In this document: one piece after another, positions 55,750 through 64,000 of the stretch
How positions within the stretch are numbered: position 1 is the first letter of the stretch
Layout: the number at the start of each line of letters is the position of its first letter
Notes under the pieces: model-generated
The model's database searches: none
What the model was told of the DNA's origin: nothing
What the model saw: only the letters and a program-made list of their open reading frames with translations
Program-made: the position numbers and the translations under genes
NCBI GenBank assembly: GCA_000004985.1
Contig: GG738930.1
Strand: one strand, 5' to 3'
Source: Naegleria gruberi
Taxonomy: Eukaryota
DNA length: 64,000 nt

Positions 55750-56283
55750 TCAATTCATTTCCAACAAGGCCAATAAATCTTCCAAATCCGATCTAATATT
55801 TGAGATTGGGGAGCGTAGAGTAGCATTGTGATCCCAATTTCTTTTTACAATTTCAAAATATTTCATTACTACTATTACAATGTTGGGAGATGTTTTTTCA
55901 TCTGGCAGCATGTACTCTGAAATCCATTTGAATATTTGATCTTCTGTTTTGAAAGGAATTATAGGTCTAAGTCCTTTAACAACCAATCCTGGAATGTTGA
56001 AAAGACTCACATTAGACCATAACCTTTCTTCCTCATTGTTGGTTTCGTACATTCTTGTCAATTTGAAACTTGATGAATAAGGTATCACTTCAAAGAATAC
56101 TTCCCACATAATAATTGCAAAGGAATAGACATCTATCATGGTTGCTGTTTGTCTCGAGGCCATATTCGATTCACTTGGTCCTTCTAAAACCTCGCTTGGA
56201 CAATAAAACAATGTACCTAAATTAGTTCTGTATTTAAATTGCAAGAGTTTTCTGTAAAAGAAGTTGTGCCAGGTAAACCACTA
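55750..56283 (-). pseudogene. orphan protein-kinase C-lobe fragment (subdomains VIII-XI), minus strand
   Basis: ...LQFKYRTNLGTLFYCPSEVLEGPSESNMASRQTATMIDVYSFAIIMWEVF... shows the (GT..Y..PE) and (DVYSFA..WE) motifs. There is no N-lobe upstream on this strand; the upstream space is occupied by a plus-strand kinase N-lobe. Confidence 0.55.
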
Positions 56284-57447
56284 ACCTTGAAGCTGCTAGT
56301 CCATAATTTTTTCGGTGATACTATTACTGATTTAAGCAAGATTAGGATTATGTATGATATTGATCAAGACATTGTTCTTTCTCTAAATTTCTCAACAGAC
56401 AGCACAATTCAAATAACACCCTACCCAGTCCAAAAGGAAATTGGAGCCTTAGAAAGGAGTTTGACACTTTATTCAGAAGACTCTCAGTATTTTTTTAATG
56501 TTTCATTCACATTTGTAAAATGCCCTCAAATGTTTACAATGGATGATGTGGTTATATCAGGTCAACCAGCAGTTGAATGTATCCCAGAACAAGTTGTACT
56601 CTCAAGAGATTTTGTAATTCTAGTTGCTGTTCCAACTTCAATTGCTGTTCTAATACTGGGAATATCTATTGGTCTGTTTTCTCTTTATGTCCTTAACTTT
56701 ATTTCGGTAAGAATGTGGAGACTGAAAAAGAAAGAAAAAGCAGAATTGGAATTGGAAATGAGAATTATTGACAAGAAAGTAATATTTCAAAATTCTGTGG
56801 TTTCTTCCCAATCTACATTGTCAGAAACTGCCAAATCAAAACAATCAAACAATAGTGATCTATCCGTTCCACTGATAGAAAAGAATGAAAAACCGTCATT
56901 TATTATTCCTATTGAAAATATTGAAATTGTTAGAAAACTTGCCGAAGGAGGACTAGGAATAGTTTATCTTGGGAAATTAGTTGGAAAAATTGACGTTGCC
57001 ATAAAACTTCTGAAATCGACCGACCAAGGAGATGAGTTTGAGCAAGAAGCTTCATTACTGAGCTCACTGAGACATGATAACATTCTGACATTATTTGGTA
57101 TTTGTGTAACATCAGAAAACAAATACATGGTTACTGAGTTTGCTGAAATGGGCTCTCTTGATAAATCCTTATACAGAGCCAGGATTGGGGAAATTACTCT
57201 TCCACTGAAGAACAAACTCTCTATATTAATAGCCACAGCTAAAGGCATTGAATATTTACACAATTTGACACCAACTGTTGTTCACCGTGATTTAGTAAGT
57301 ACTACAATCTTGTTAATTTATTGTTATTAACCAATATTAACTTCAACAGAAACCTGGAAATATCTTGCTTGATAAGAAGAGTGTTGCCAAGATTTGTGAT
57401 TTTGGCCTATCAAGAACGATTTCCAATTCCATGAACAGTGTCTTGAC
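56221..57447 (+). pseudogene. receptor-like TKL kinase fragment: ectodomain tail + TM + kinase N-lobe through DFG (exons 56221..57294 and 57350..~57447); lacks signal peptide/ATG and C-lobe
   Basis: Open frame from the stop at 56218-20. TM is ILVAVPTSIAVLILGISIGLFSLYVLNFI. Kinase motifs: LAEGGLGIVYLGKL, VAIKLLK and HRDL, then GTAAGT donor at 57295 and a 55-nt intron. Next comes KPGNILLDKKSVAKICDFGLSRT. After SVLTG the frame becomes antisense of the beta-helix ORF. Confidence 0.6.
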
Positions 57448-58787
57448 AGGGGCACTCATAAACTCTGTATTTGGAGGTTTCTTGAATTGGAAAGATGATC
57501 CAGTAGACTTTAGATTGGACAAATATCCTTCTGCTCCGAGTGATGCTGTATTCTTGTTAAAGGTACATGTTTCAGAAATGATTAGTGATTTTGGATTCTC
57601 ATCTCCCTGGTTTCTTCCAAATAATAGAGCTCCACCTTTAGATGCCTTATTGTTTAGAAATTTACATCCTGATATGAGACCAGTTTTTTCAATTCCAAGA
57701 ACAGATATTGCTCCTCCACCACCTTTAACGTAGCCAATTGAGTCATCTTTTCTTTGACTGTAACTTTCCAATAAAACTCTATTTCTTATGAAAGTAGAAT
57801 CTGAAACTTCCAATTCTTTTACATACTCTATATGAACTGCTCCTCCACTAATAGATGCATTATTTCCAATGAACGTATTGTTTGATAACTGAGCTTTTGC
57901 AATGAATAGAATGAACATTCCCCCTCCACTTTCGGCACTGTAATTATTTTCGAATATATTATTAGTTACTGAGGCCCAACAATAAGTTGTCATATCAGGT
58001 TGACAATATCCTAGGAAAAGTGCTCCACCCTTCTGTCCCCTATTTAGCTGAAAAATATTGTTATCAAGTTTGGCAGTCACATAATTATTGACATATACAC
58101 TTCCTCCATAAAGACTACCCTTATTACGAGCAAAATATGAATTGGTAATATTCACATTGGCACAATTAAACGTCAACAATGAACAAGTGTAGAAACACTC
58201 TCTAGTTATTTCACTATTCATCATTGAAAAATAGTCCACAAGCACATCTTTCACATCGATAATGCTAATTACTTGTCTATTTGATGTGCTATTAGCATTT
58301 TGTAGCAAGGCATACGCTCCTGATTGAAGATATAGCTTTGGTCTCTTTAGTGATGTACCCTTAATATTAGAATCAGTAAATTTGAATGTTTCAAAATCTC
58401 GAACAAATATCTTTCCTTCTTGATCTATAATTCCATTTGTTGCTGTTACTTGTTGTATTTTAGAGAATCTTAAAAGTGCAGCTACCTCATAATTGTGCAA
58501 TTGGGCATAATTTCCCATATTTACCTCCATATGACTGTCAGAATCCAAAAGAGAGGAATTTTCAATTACTAAATTCCCTGAAAACACGATAGCAAAATAT
58601 TCTACAGTGCTGTTGACTATTTCGAAAGTAGTAGATTTTACATCTCCTTGAATGTCATTTCTAGGATAGTACTTGAAATCAGAATCATTAAAGTATGAGT
58701 TACTGATCGTAAATGAGATGAGCTGGTCAAAATTATAATTGACACCGTATAAATTACAATACTCATAAGATATGTAGGATATATCTG
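57343..58787 (-). CDS. right-handed parallel beta-helix (pectin-lyase-fold, PbH1 repeats) protein; 5' end in gap. The true 3' end is probably near 57450, because the last ~35 codons are antisense to a kinase exon
   Basis: The frame is open from the gap edge 58787 (DISYISYEYCNLYGVNYNFDQLISFTISNSYF...) through ...NNIFENNYSAESGGGMFILFIAKAQLSNNTFIGNNASISGGAVHIEYVKELEVSDSTFIRNRV... to the stop at 57343. Confidence 0.6.
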
Positions 58788-58959
58788 NNNNNNNNNNNNN
58801 NNNNNNNNNNNNNNNNNNNNNNNNNNNNNNNNNNNNNNNNNNNNNNNNNNNNNNNNNNNNNNNNNNNNNNNNNNNNNNNNNNNNNNNNNNNNNNNNNNNN
58901 NNNNNNNNNNNNNNNNNNNNNNNNNNNNNNNNNNNNNNNNNNNNNNNNNNNNNNNNNNN
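58788..58959. other. assembly gap, 172 N
   Basis: Run of n. Confidence 0.99.
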
Positions 58960-59600
58960 CTAGCAACAACAAGAAAATCACCACCATCACGTTGTTGATT
59001 CTTTCCATTTTTTTGTGTGGGAATTGCTAGATTTTTCAACACTGTTTTTGGTCAAAACATCATGACGGAGTGAACCAACAAACCAACACAATTTGTTGCT
59101 TTGCATACTTTTTTCCTTCCGATACAACGTCAATCCCAATCGTCATCATTTTCCGTACATCAATATTTGTTACCGTAATCACAACAATTAAAAATGTTGA
59201 AGGAGATGTGAGGGTTAACCTCGTGCGAAATACTAGAATTTTGAATACTATAGTGTGATGATTTTCATACTTTCTTTTGGTGATGATGAATATCAACTAT
59301 TGTATTTTTTTAAATTGTTAAATAATAATAATATTTAAGAGTGATTAATAATTAATAATATCAAATTGAATATTAGGGATATTTCAAAATAATGAAGAAC
59401 ACACCAAGTTGGTTTTCAATACTCTAAATCTAATGGTTATTGAGTTAATTCGAATTCCTAGTAATATGTGTATGAAACTTCAGAACAGATTACAACAAAA
59501 TGGAAAGGTTACATTGAAATAACGGTTTCACTTTAAATGATTGGTTATAATCAACTTACTGGTTGGTTGATAGCACTACTTTTTAACACAACTAAAAAAA

Positions 59601-59987
59601 ATGCAAGACTCAGATGAAACATTCATTATCAGAAACATTCAACAATATGAAGAAGTAGACATGCCACTCAGTGCCTTGTTACTTCAAATCGTTCAATCCT
59701 ATGGTTTCCAGTTGAAAGACCATTCACAATTTGACGACTTGGAAAGAAAAATAAGAGAATCGGCAATTTCCACCTCGGGCTCTGAACTTTCTGATAAAGA
59801 ATTGCAAGAAATTTCAAAGTTGGCACAACAAGCAGAACCATTATTGACAGAAAAATCAAAAATTAGAGGAGCTTTGAGAGAAAGAATGATACTTGTTGCT
59901 CCTCGAGTTTATGAAAAGCTTGGTGAAGTTGTTGGAGCTAGAATGATCCAAAAGTTTGGATTAGAAAACATGATTAATCAGGAATAA
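59601..59987 (+). CDS. hypothetical small protein, 128 aa
   Basis: Real ATG at 59601 (aaaaaaaATG). No family recognised. Confidence 0.4.
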   Translation: MQDSDETFIIRNIQQYEEVDMPLSALLLQIVQSYGFQLKDHSQFDDLERKIRESAISTSGSELSDKELQEISKLAQQAEPLLTEKSKIRGALRERMILVAPRVYEKLGEVVGARMIQKFGLENMINQE

Positions 59988-60442
59988 TAAATACAGTTGA
60001 CCATTAACTGAACAATGTGTGTTTTGTAGAATTCTCCCGAGGTAAACTTTGTGTAAAATTAGCAAGGAAAAATATTCCATTTTAATTGTTATTTGAACTA
60101 GAGGGGTTATTATCAAGATACTAATCGAGATTCATCAAGGGAAGTAAGGCCGAGACTGACCCAAATGCCCTGAGATAAAACCTAATGAATTTTCTACGTT
60201 CCATCATCAACGTGGTTGATGATCAACAACTGGGACACTTTATCTTGTTCCTACTGTCTATTCAAACTTCTTTGCAATTTCCTTCTTTTTCCATTCCAAT
60301 CTCCTAAGCAATTAATTCCAACCTTTCTTTTGCACAGTTGAAATGCAAAAAGATTCGACAGAACATTCAAAGCATGTCCAAGATTTGTTGCATGAACTAG
60401 AATCACTGACTCACAGCCATTATCCAAAGTTTAGATAAAAAA

Positions 60443-60733
60443 ATGTCTGAACTAGACGAAAGCGACTGTTGTTTGAGCTGTATTAATTCTTCATTCAAAA
60501 GTCTCGAAGAAAAACAGGAAGAGCTCATTTCCATGTATTTTTGTTGCTGTTTCCTCTTTTTTCCCCCTTTGGCTTTCTATTTAATGTTTAAACGAATTGG
60601 ACGAATCAGTTGGAAAGTTATTGGAGTTTCAACAGTTTTAACTTTCTTTTGTTGGATACCTGGAGTAATCCATGGACTTGTCAAGTTTTTCAAGCTGAGA
60701 AAGGCACTTGTTACATTTGGTGGAAAGGTTTAA
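60443..60733 (+). CDS. Pmp3/UPF0057-family small proteolipid with Cys-rich N-terminal extension
   Basis: Real ATG at 60443. ...FLFFPPLAFYLMFKRIGRISWKVIGVSTVLTFFCWIPGVIHGLVKFF is two-TM with a PPL motif. The N-terminus is DESDCCLSCINSS...FCCCF. Confidence 0.5.
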   Translation: MSELDESDCCLSCINSSFKSLEEKQEELISMYFCCCFLFFPPLAFYLMFKRIGRISWKVIGVSTVLTFFCWIPGVIHGLVKFFKLRKALVTFGGKV

Positions 60734-61226
60734 ATTTGTTTCATTCCATGAATTCAATCAATTTTCGCTTATTTATATTTTTCCAATTTTGATTTTTCAA
60801 ATTTTCCCTTAATCCGAGATGAATCCAATGATTTTTCTCATCCACAACAATAAATCCATCACTTGCATAATATCATGTTTTTCAAAGTTGTGCAATTCTT
60901 GAATTGAATGAGCTAATTAAAAATATCGTTTAGATAACCCAATCAAGTGCTTGGGAATTCTCAAGCACCTTTCAATGTGGAGATGTAATCATATGATACG
61001 CTTCACGTTGTTACCTTCATACTGAATGCAACCATTCAAGCTAACCAACATTTCAAAGATACTTTTTTAAAATTGATTAAAAACCTTCAAGCCTGAAAAA
61101 GATTCAAAAATATTTAATTAGCATTAAAAAAAAATCACAACAGGAAGACTTTGATTTTCTATAGAACGAGTCTTTTTTAATCAAATTTTGTTTTAATAAC
61201 ATCATAGCTTGTAAGCCAATACAACA

Positions 61227-64000
61227 ATGAGTAATTATAGTGATCATCAGAAGAGTGGTAATTCTTCTTACGCATCTTCTAGTAATAATAATAGCCGAGG
61301 AGGAAAAAGACCATCCAGAGGTAGAGGAAATTATCATCATACAAGTAGTGCTGGTGGTAGTGGCAGCAGTGTTAGTGGTGGTTACCATCATCATCATGCC
61401 TCCCAACCACAACAGCCTCCACAACAACAACAACAACATGTTAGAGAGGGTCCACCAAAATACAAAAAGAAACAACCTCTCGCTTTTGTCAAGATTCCAT
61501 CTTCAAGTAGTGTTGAAGAACAAGAAGCTAAGAAACAAAAACAAGAAACCAAAATTGTAAATAATAATACAATTAATGATGAACAAGTTGATGCCGATGA
61601 TGAATTAGGCCTCGATGTTGCAGACTTTATTCCAACATACATCAACAGATTCCGTGAACTTTTGACCACATTGTATAGTAATAGCCAATTAAATCAAGAC
61701 CAATTGTTAAATATTGCAAATAGAATTTGGAGTGAAGTTTTAGAACCAACACTTCTTGCCGAATTAAATCCAAGCCTAGAATCACTCTATACAGCATCAT
61801 CTAGGAAGGGAAAACTCACGAATTTTATTGGTGATAAGGATATTAGACTTGTCACAGTAATAATGGGCATTGATAAGCTGATTACTAAGGTTCATCATTC
61901 TAGTAGCATTGTAGAAGTTGTTCCAGAATTCATTTTACATCAAAAGGGTATTAAAGTTGAAGGAGATGATAGAATTATTGAGTTGCTTCCTCAATTTGAT
62001 ACACTCTTTTTCGAGATATTAACACATGAAACAAGAAGAATTTGGAGACAATCCAACTCTGATATGAGTATTAGTATTTCCAATTTTGAAACTGATTTTA
62101 ACAAGTCTCTGGTTGGTTGTAATATTTCTCAATTTGAGAAGCAAATTGAGGAATTAAAGAATGAAATTGAGCAATTGAAAAAGTCAGAATCTATCTATGC
62201 AAAGAAGAGAAAGGAAATTGAGAATGAAATTGATCGTTTAATGGAAAAGTCTTTGGACTTGATTGATTTGGTTGAAGAAGCCGAGAAGGAAGAAAAGCTT
62301 TCCAAGAGAACCATGTCTAGTCGTTCATTGTCAGAAGAATCTGATGAAACTACAGAGGATGAAGCAATCACACCAAAGACCTCACAACCACCAGTTGTAG
62401 AACAAATTCTTCCAACAACAAATGTCAGCCAAGAAGGCAAGACTGTCTTTTTGCAAAAGATTGCAGCACTCATCAAGGTTGCCCAAGCTGAAGAAACAGA
62501 AAGTTCCGAAAAGCTCAAAACCTACTCTACCATTGCTTCAATGATTGATGCCTCTTTCAATTATTTCAAGGATAAGAGTAATCAAACTGAAGGTATTGTT
62601 CCTTTGAGCTATTCTTCGATATCAACACCAACCATTCTCTTCTTGTTGGACTTTTTTAAGGAAAATCCTGAAAAGATTCCATCCAGTGTTATTTCCAAGG
62701 TTTTGTCATTGACATCTTGCTCTTTGAAGGGAAGAAGATTTGAGGAAAAGAATGAAATATTTGCTCGATATCATGTTGTTTTGATGCATTTTACCAAGTA
62801 TCTTACTATCAGAAAGATGGAACTTTTCATGAATCTTATGAATAAGATTTCTTCTTCTCTCAATGGTGTTGATTCTGAATTTATCTTTTCTCTCTTGAAA
62901 CAAAATGCTCCTACACAATATAGAAATGGTAATACTCTTATGGGATTCTCAGATAGAGTTAACTTGGTAAGATTGTGGCAAGTACAAGCATTCTGTGCTA
63001 CTCTCGTTATGACTAATCCAAAACTTGCCAATCAAATTTTCACCTTCTATGAACGTCACTGTCTCTCATGGATGAATCTTTGGGAAGAAATCAAAAATGT
63101 TTGCCTCAGAGAAACATCACTCACTGCCGTAAAGAAGAAGAAACAAAAGAACGACCTAGCTTCATCATCAAACGTAGCTAGTGCATCTTCATCTGAAAAG
63201 GAAGAGTCTGAAGTTGTAGCTGTTGCCTCTCAAATTACAGAAAAGGTGCAATCACAAGTTGCCATTAGTGAATCACTCGAAACTGACATTCAGAATATTG
63301 AAACTCAATTAGGTAAATCTCCTGAAGTTTTAAAACAAGAAGCTGAAGAACATACCATGCTTCAAATAACTAGAGATTGTACCAAGATTTTCAAGGAAGA
63401 ACTCGAACCAAGTGAGGAAGAACGTAAGGGTAAGAAAGAATTGGTAGATGAAATTTCTCAAGTTATTCAATCCCTCTTCTCTTCTAATCAAAATATTGGA
63501 GATCAACAAGTTCAACCACCAAAGATTTATACCTATGGTTCCTATGCTAGCGACTTGAGTTTAAAGGGTTCCAGTGATATTGATATGTGTGTTTCATTTG
63601 CAGGTTTGGAGAATATTCAAGAAAACAGCAAGATCCAAGGTAGATTATTGGAAATGATAAGAAAGGAAATGGACGGAAAGAGTAAGAAGGATACCAACAC
63701 TCTCTTCCCTCATTTGAAATCCCAAAATCAAGAAGTTATCAGAAGCAGTAGAGTACCAATTCTCAAGATTCATGATAACAAGAGAGATTTGGATTGCGAT
63801 CTCTGTGTTGCCACCTATTTGGGTGTAGTTAACACTAGAATGATCAGCACTTATTTGCAAGTCGATTCAAGAATGTTGGCCTACTATAAGGAAAATGGTT
63901 TGGCAACCCTTGCTGATTCTGAAATTGATAGAATCAAGACCTTTATTTACATGATCAAGAGATGGGCCAAGAGAAGACATATCAATGATCCTCCAGGTGG
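61227..64000 (+). CDS. Cid1/Trf4-family non-canonical poly(A) polymerase / terminal nucleotidyltransferase with about 700-aa N-terminal extension (partial; runs off window end)
   Basis: ATG at 61227. Hand translation is open to 64000 (MSNYSDHQKSGNSSYASSSNNNSRGGKRPSRGRGNYHH...). The C-terminal region IYTYGSYASDLSLKGSSDIDMCVSF ([GS]..DhD nucleotidyltransferase motif) ... RVPILKIHDNKRDLDCDLCV ... IKTFIYMIKRWAKRRHINDP resembles a PAP-associated domain. Not in the ORF track because it has no stop inside the window. Confidence 0.6.
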   Translation, partial: MSNYSDHQKSGNSSYASSSNNNSRGGKRPSRGRGNYHHTSSAGGSGSSVSGGYHHHHASQPQQPPQQQQQHVREGPPKYKKKQPLAFVKIPSSSSVEEQEAKKQKQETKIVNNNTINDEQVDADDELGLDVADFIPTYINRFRELLTTLYSNSQLNQDQLLNIANRIWSEVLEPTLLAELNPSLESLYTASSRKGKLTNFIGDKDIRLVTVIMGIDKLITKVHHSSSIVEVVPEFILHQKGIKVEGDDRIIELLPQFDTLFFEILTHETRRIWRQSNSDMSISISNFETDFNKSLVGCNISQFEKQIEELKNEIEQLKKSESIYAKKRKEIENEIDRLMEKSLDLIDLVEEAEKEEKLSKRTMSSRSLSEESDETTEDEAITPKTSQPPVVEQILPTTNVSQEGKTVFLQKIAALIKVAQAEETESSEKLKTYSTIASMIDASFNYFKDKSNQTEGIVPLSYSSISTPTILFLLDFFKENPEKIPSSVISKVLSLTSCSLKGRRFEEKNEIFARYHVVLMHFTKYLTIRKMELFMNLMNKISSSLNGVDSEFIFSLLKQNAPTQYRNGNTLMGFSDRVNLVRLWQVQAFCATLVMTNPKLANQIFTFYERHCLSWMNLWEEIKNVCLRETSLTAVKKKKQKNDLASSSNVASASSSEKEESEVVAVASQITEKVQSQVAISESLETDIQNIETQLGKSPEVLKQEAEEHTMLQITRDCTKIFKEELEPSEEERKGKKELVDEISQVIQSLFSSNQNIGDQQVQPPKIYTYGSYASDLSLKGSSDIDMCVSFAGLENIQENSKIQGRLLEMIRKEMDGKSKKDTNTLFPHLKSQNQEVIRSSRVPILKIHDNKRDLDCDLCVATYLGVVNTRMISTYLQVDSRMLAYYKENGLATLADSEIDRIKTFIYMIKRWAKRRHINDPPG

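Noticed and set aside
57540-57733. Plus-strand reading containing a second DFGFS-like motif after the kinase exon
   Set aside because: This is antisense of the beta-helix ORF. It has no other kinase motifs around it and is a chance occurrence.
61104-61669. ORFs 61104..61475(-), 61240..61560(+) and 61394..61669(-)
   Set aside because: They are out-of-frame or antisense to the long nucleotidyltransferase ORF starting at 61227, and their compositions are homopolymeric artefacts (MMMMVTTTN..., CCCCCGGCC).
1-64000. Dictyostelid origin, suggested by the poly-N/poly-Q tracts
   Set aside because: Intergenic regions are only about 60-70% AT, and the TLDc/BTB/TKL/F-box repertoire and short introns fit a glomeromycotan-type fungus better. 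This is still inference.
1-64000. Prokaryotic-style systems (CRISPR arrays, operons, defence islands)
   Set aside because: No direct-repeat/spacer arrays or polycistronic layouts. The genes have spliceosomal introns and eukaryotic domain families.

Overview
Eukaryotic, AT-rich nuclear DNA. It is gene-dense (about one gene per 1.5-2 kb), with spliceosomal GT..AG introns of 37-324 nt, A-rich context before start codons, and many poly-Q/poly-N/S/T low-complexity tracts. The gene content is most consistent with an early-diverging fungus of the Rhizophagus/Glomeromycotina type: several F-box genes, BTB+TLDc and stand-alone TLDc genes, receptor-like TKL kinases, NHL and LRR proteins, and Cid1-type nucleotidyltransferases. 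That assignment is an inference from family composition only, because no similarity search was possible. Intergenic GC content argues against Dictyostelium.

I recognise about 33 protein-coding genes. These include a peroxisomal L-bifunctional beta-oxidation enzyme ending in -SKL, a bacterial-type F420/NADP-oxidoreductase-like intronless gene, a Ras-like GTPase, a TMEM144-like transporter, a CSC1/OSCA-like channel, a Pmp3-like proteolipid and a large UBL-domain protein. There are also two identical tRNA-Ile(AAU) genes in inverted orientation 14.7 kb apart, and four assembly gaps (1003-5236, 8002-8051, 27114-27163, 58788-58959).

The most unusual structure is at 55.7-58.8 kb. A receptor-like kinase gene, apparently with a pectin-lyase-fold beta-helix ectodomain, looks broken by an in-place ~1.2 kb inversion: beta-helix and kinase C-lobe read on the minus strand, and the ectodomain tail, TM segment and kinase N-lobe read on the plus strand. 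Nearby, one of three TLDc genes carries two single-base frameshifts. Where the ORF track shows an M, many of those starts are alternative-codon artefacts; where I could, I relocated starts to real ATGs and resolved introns by hand.
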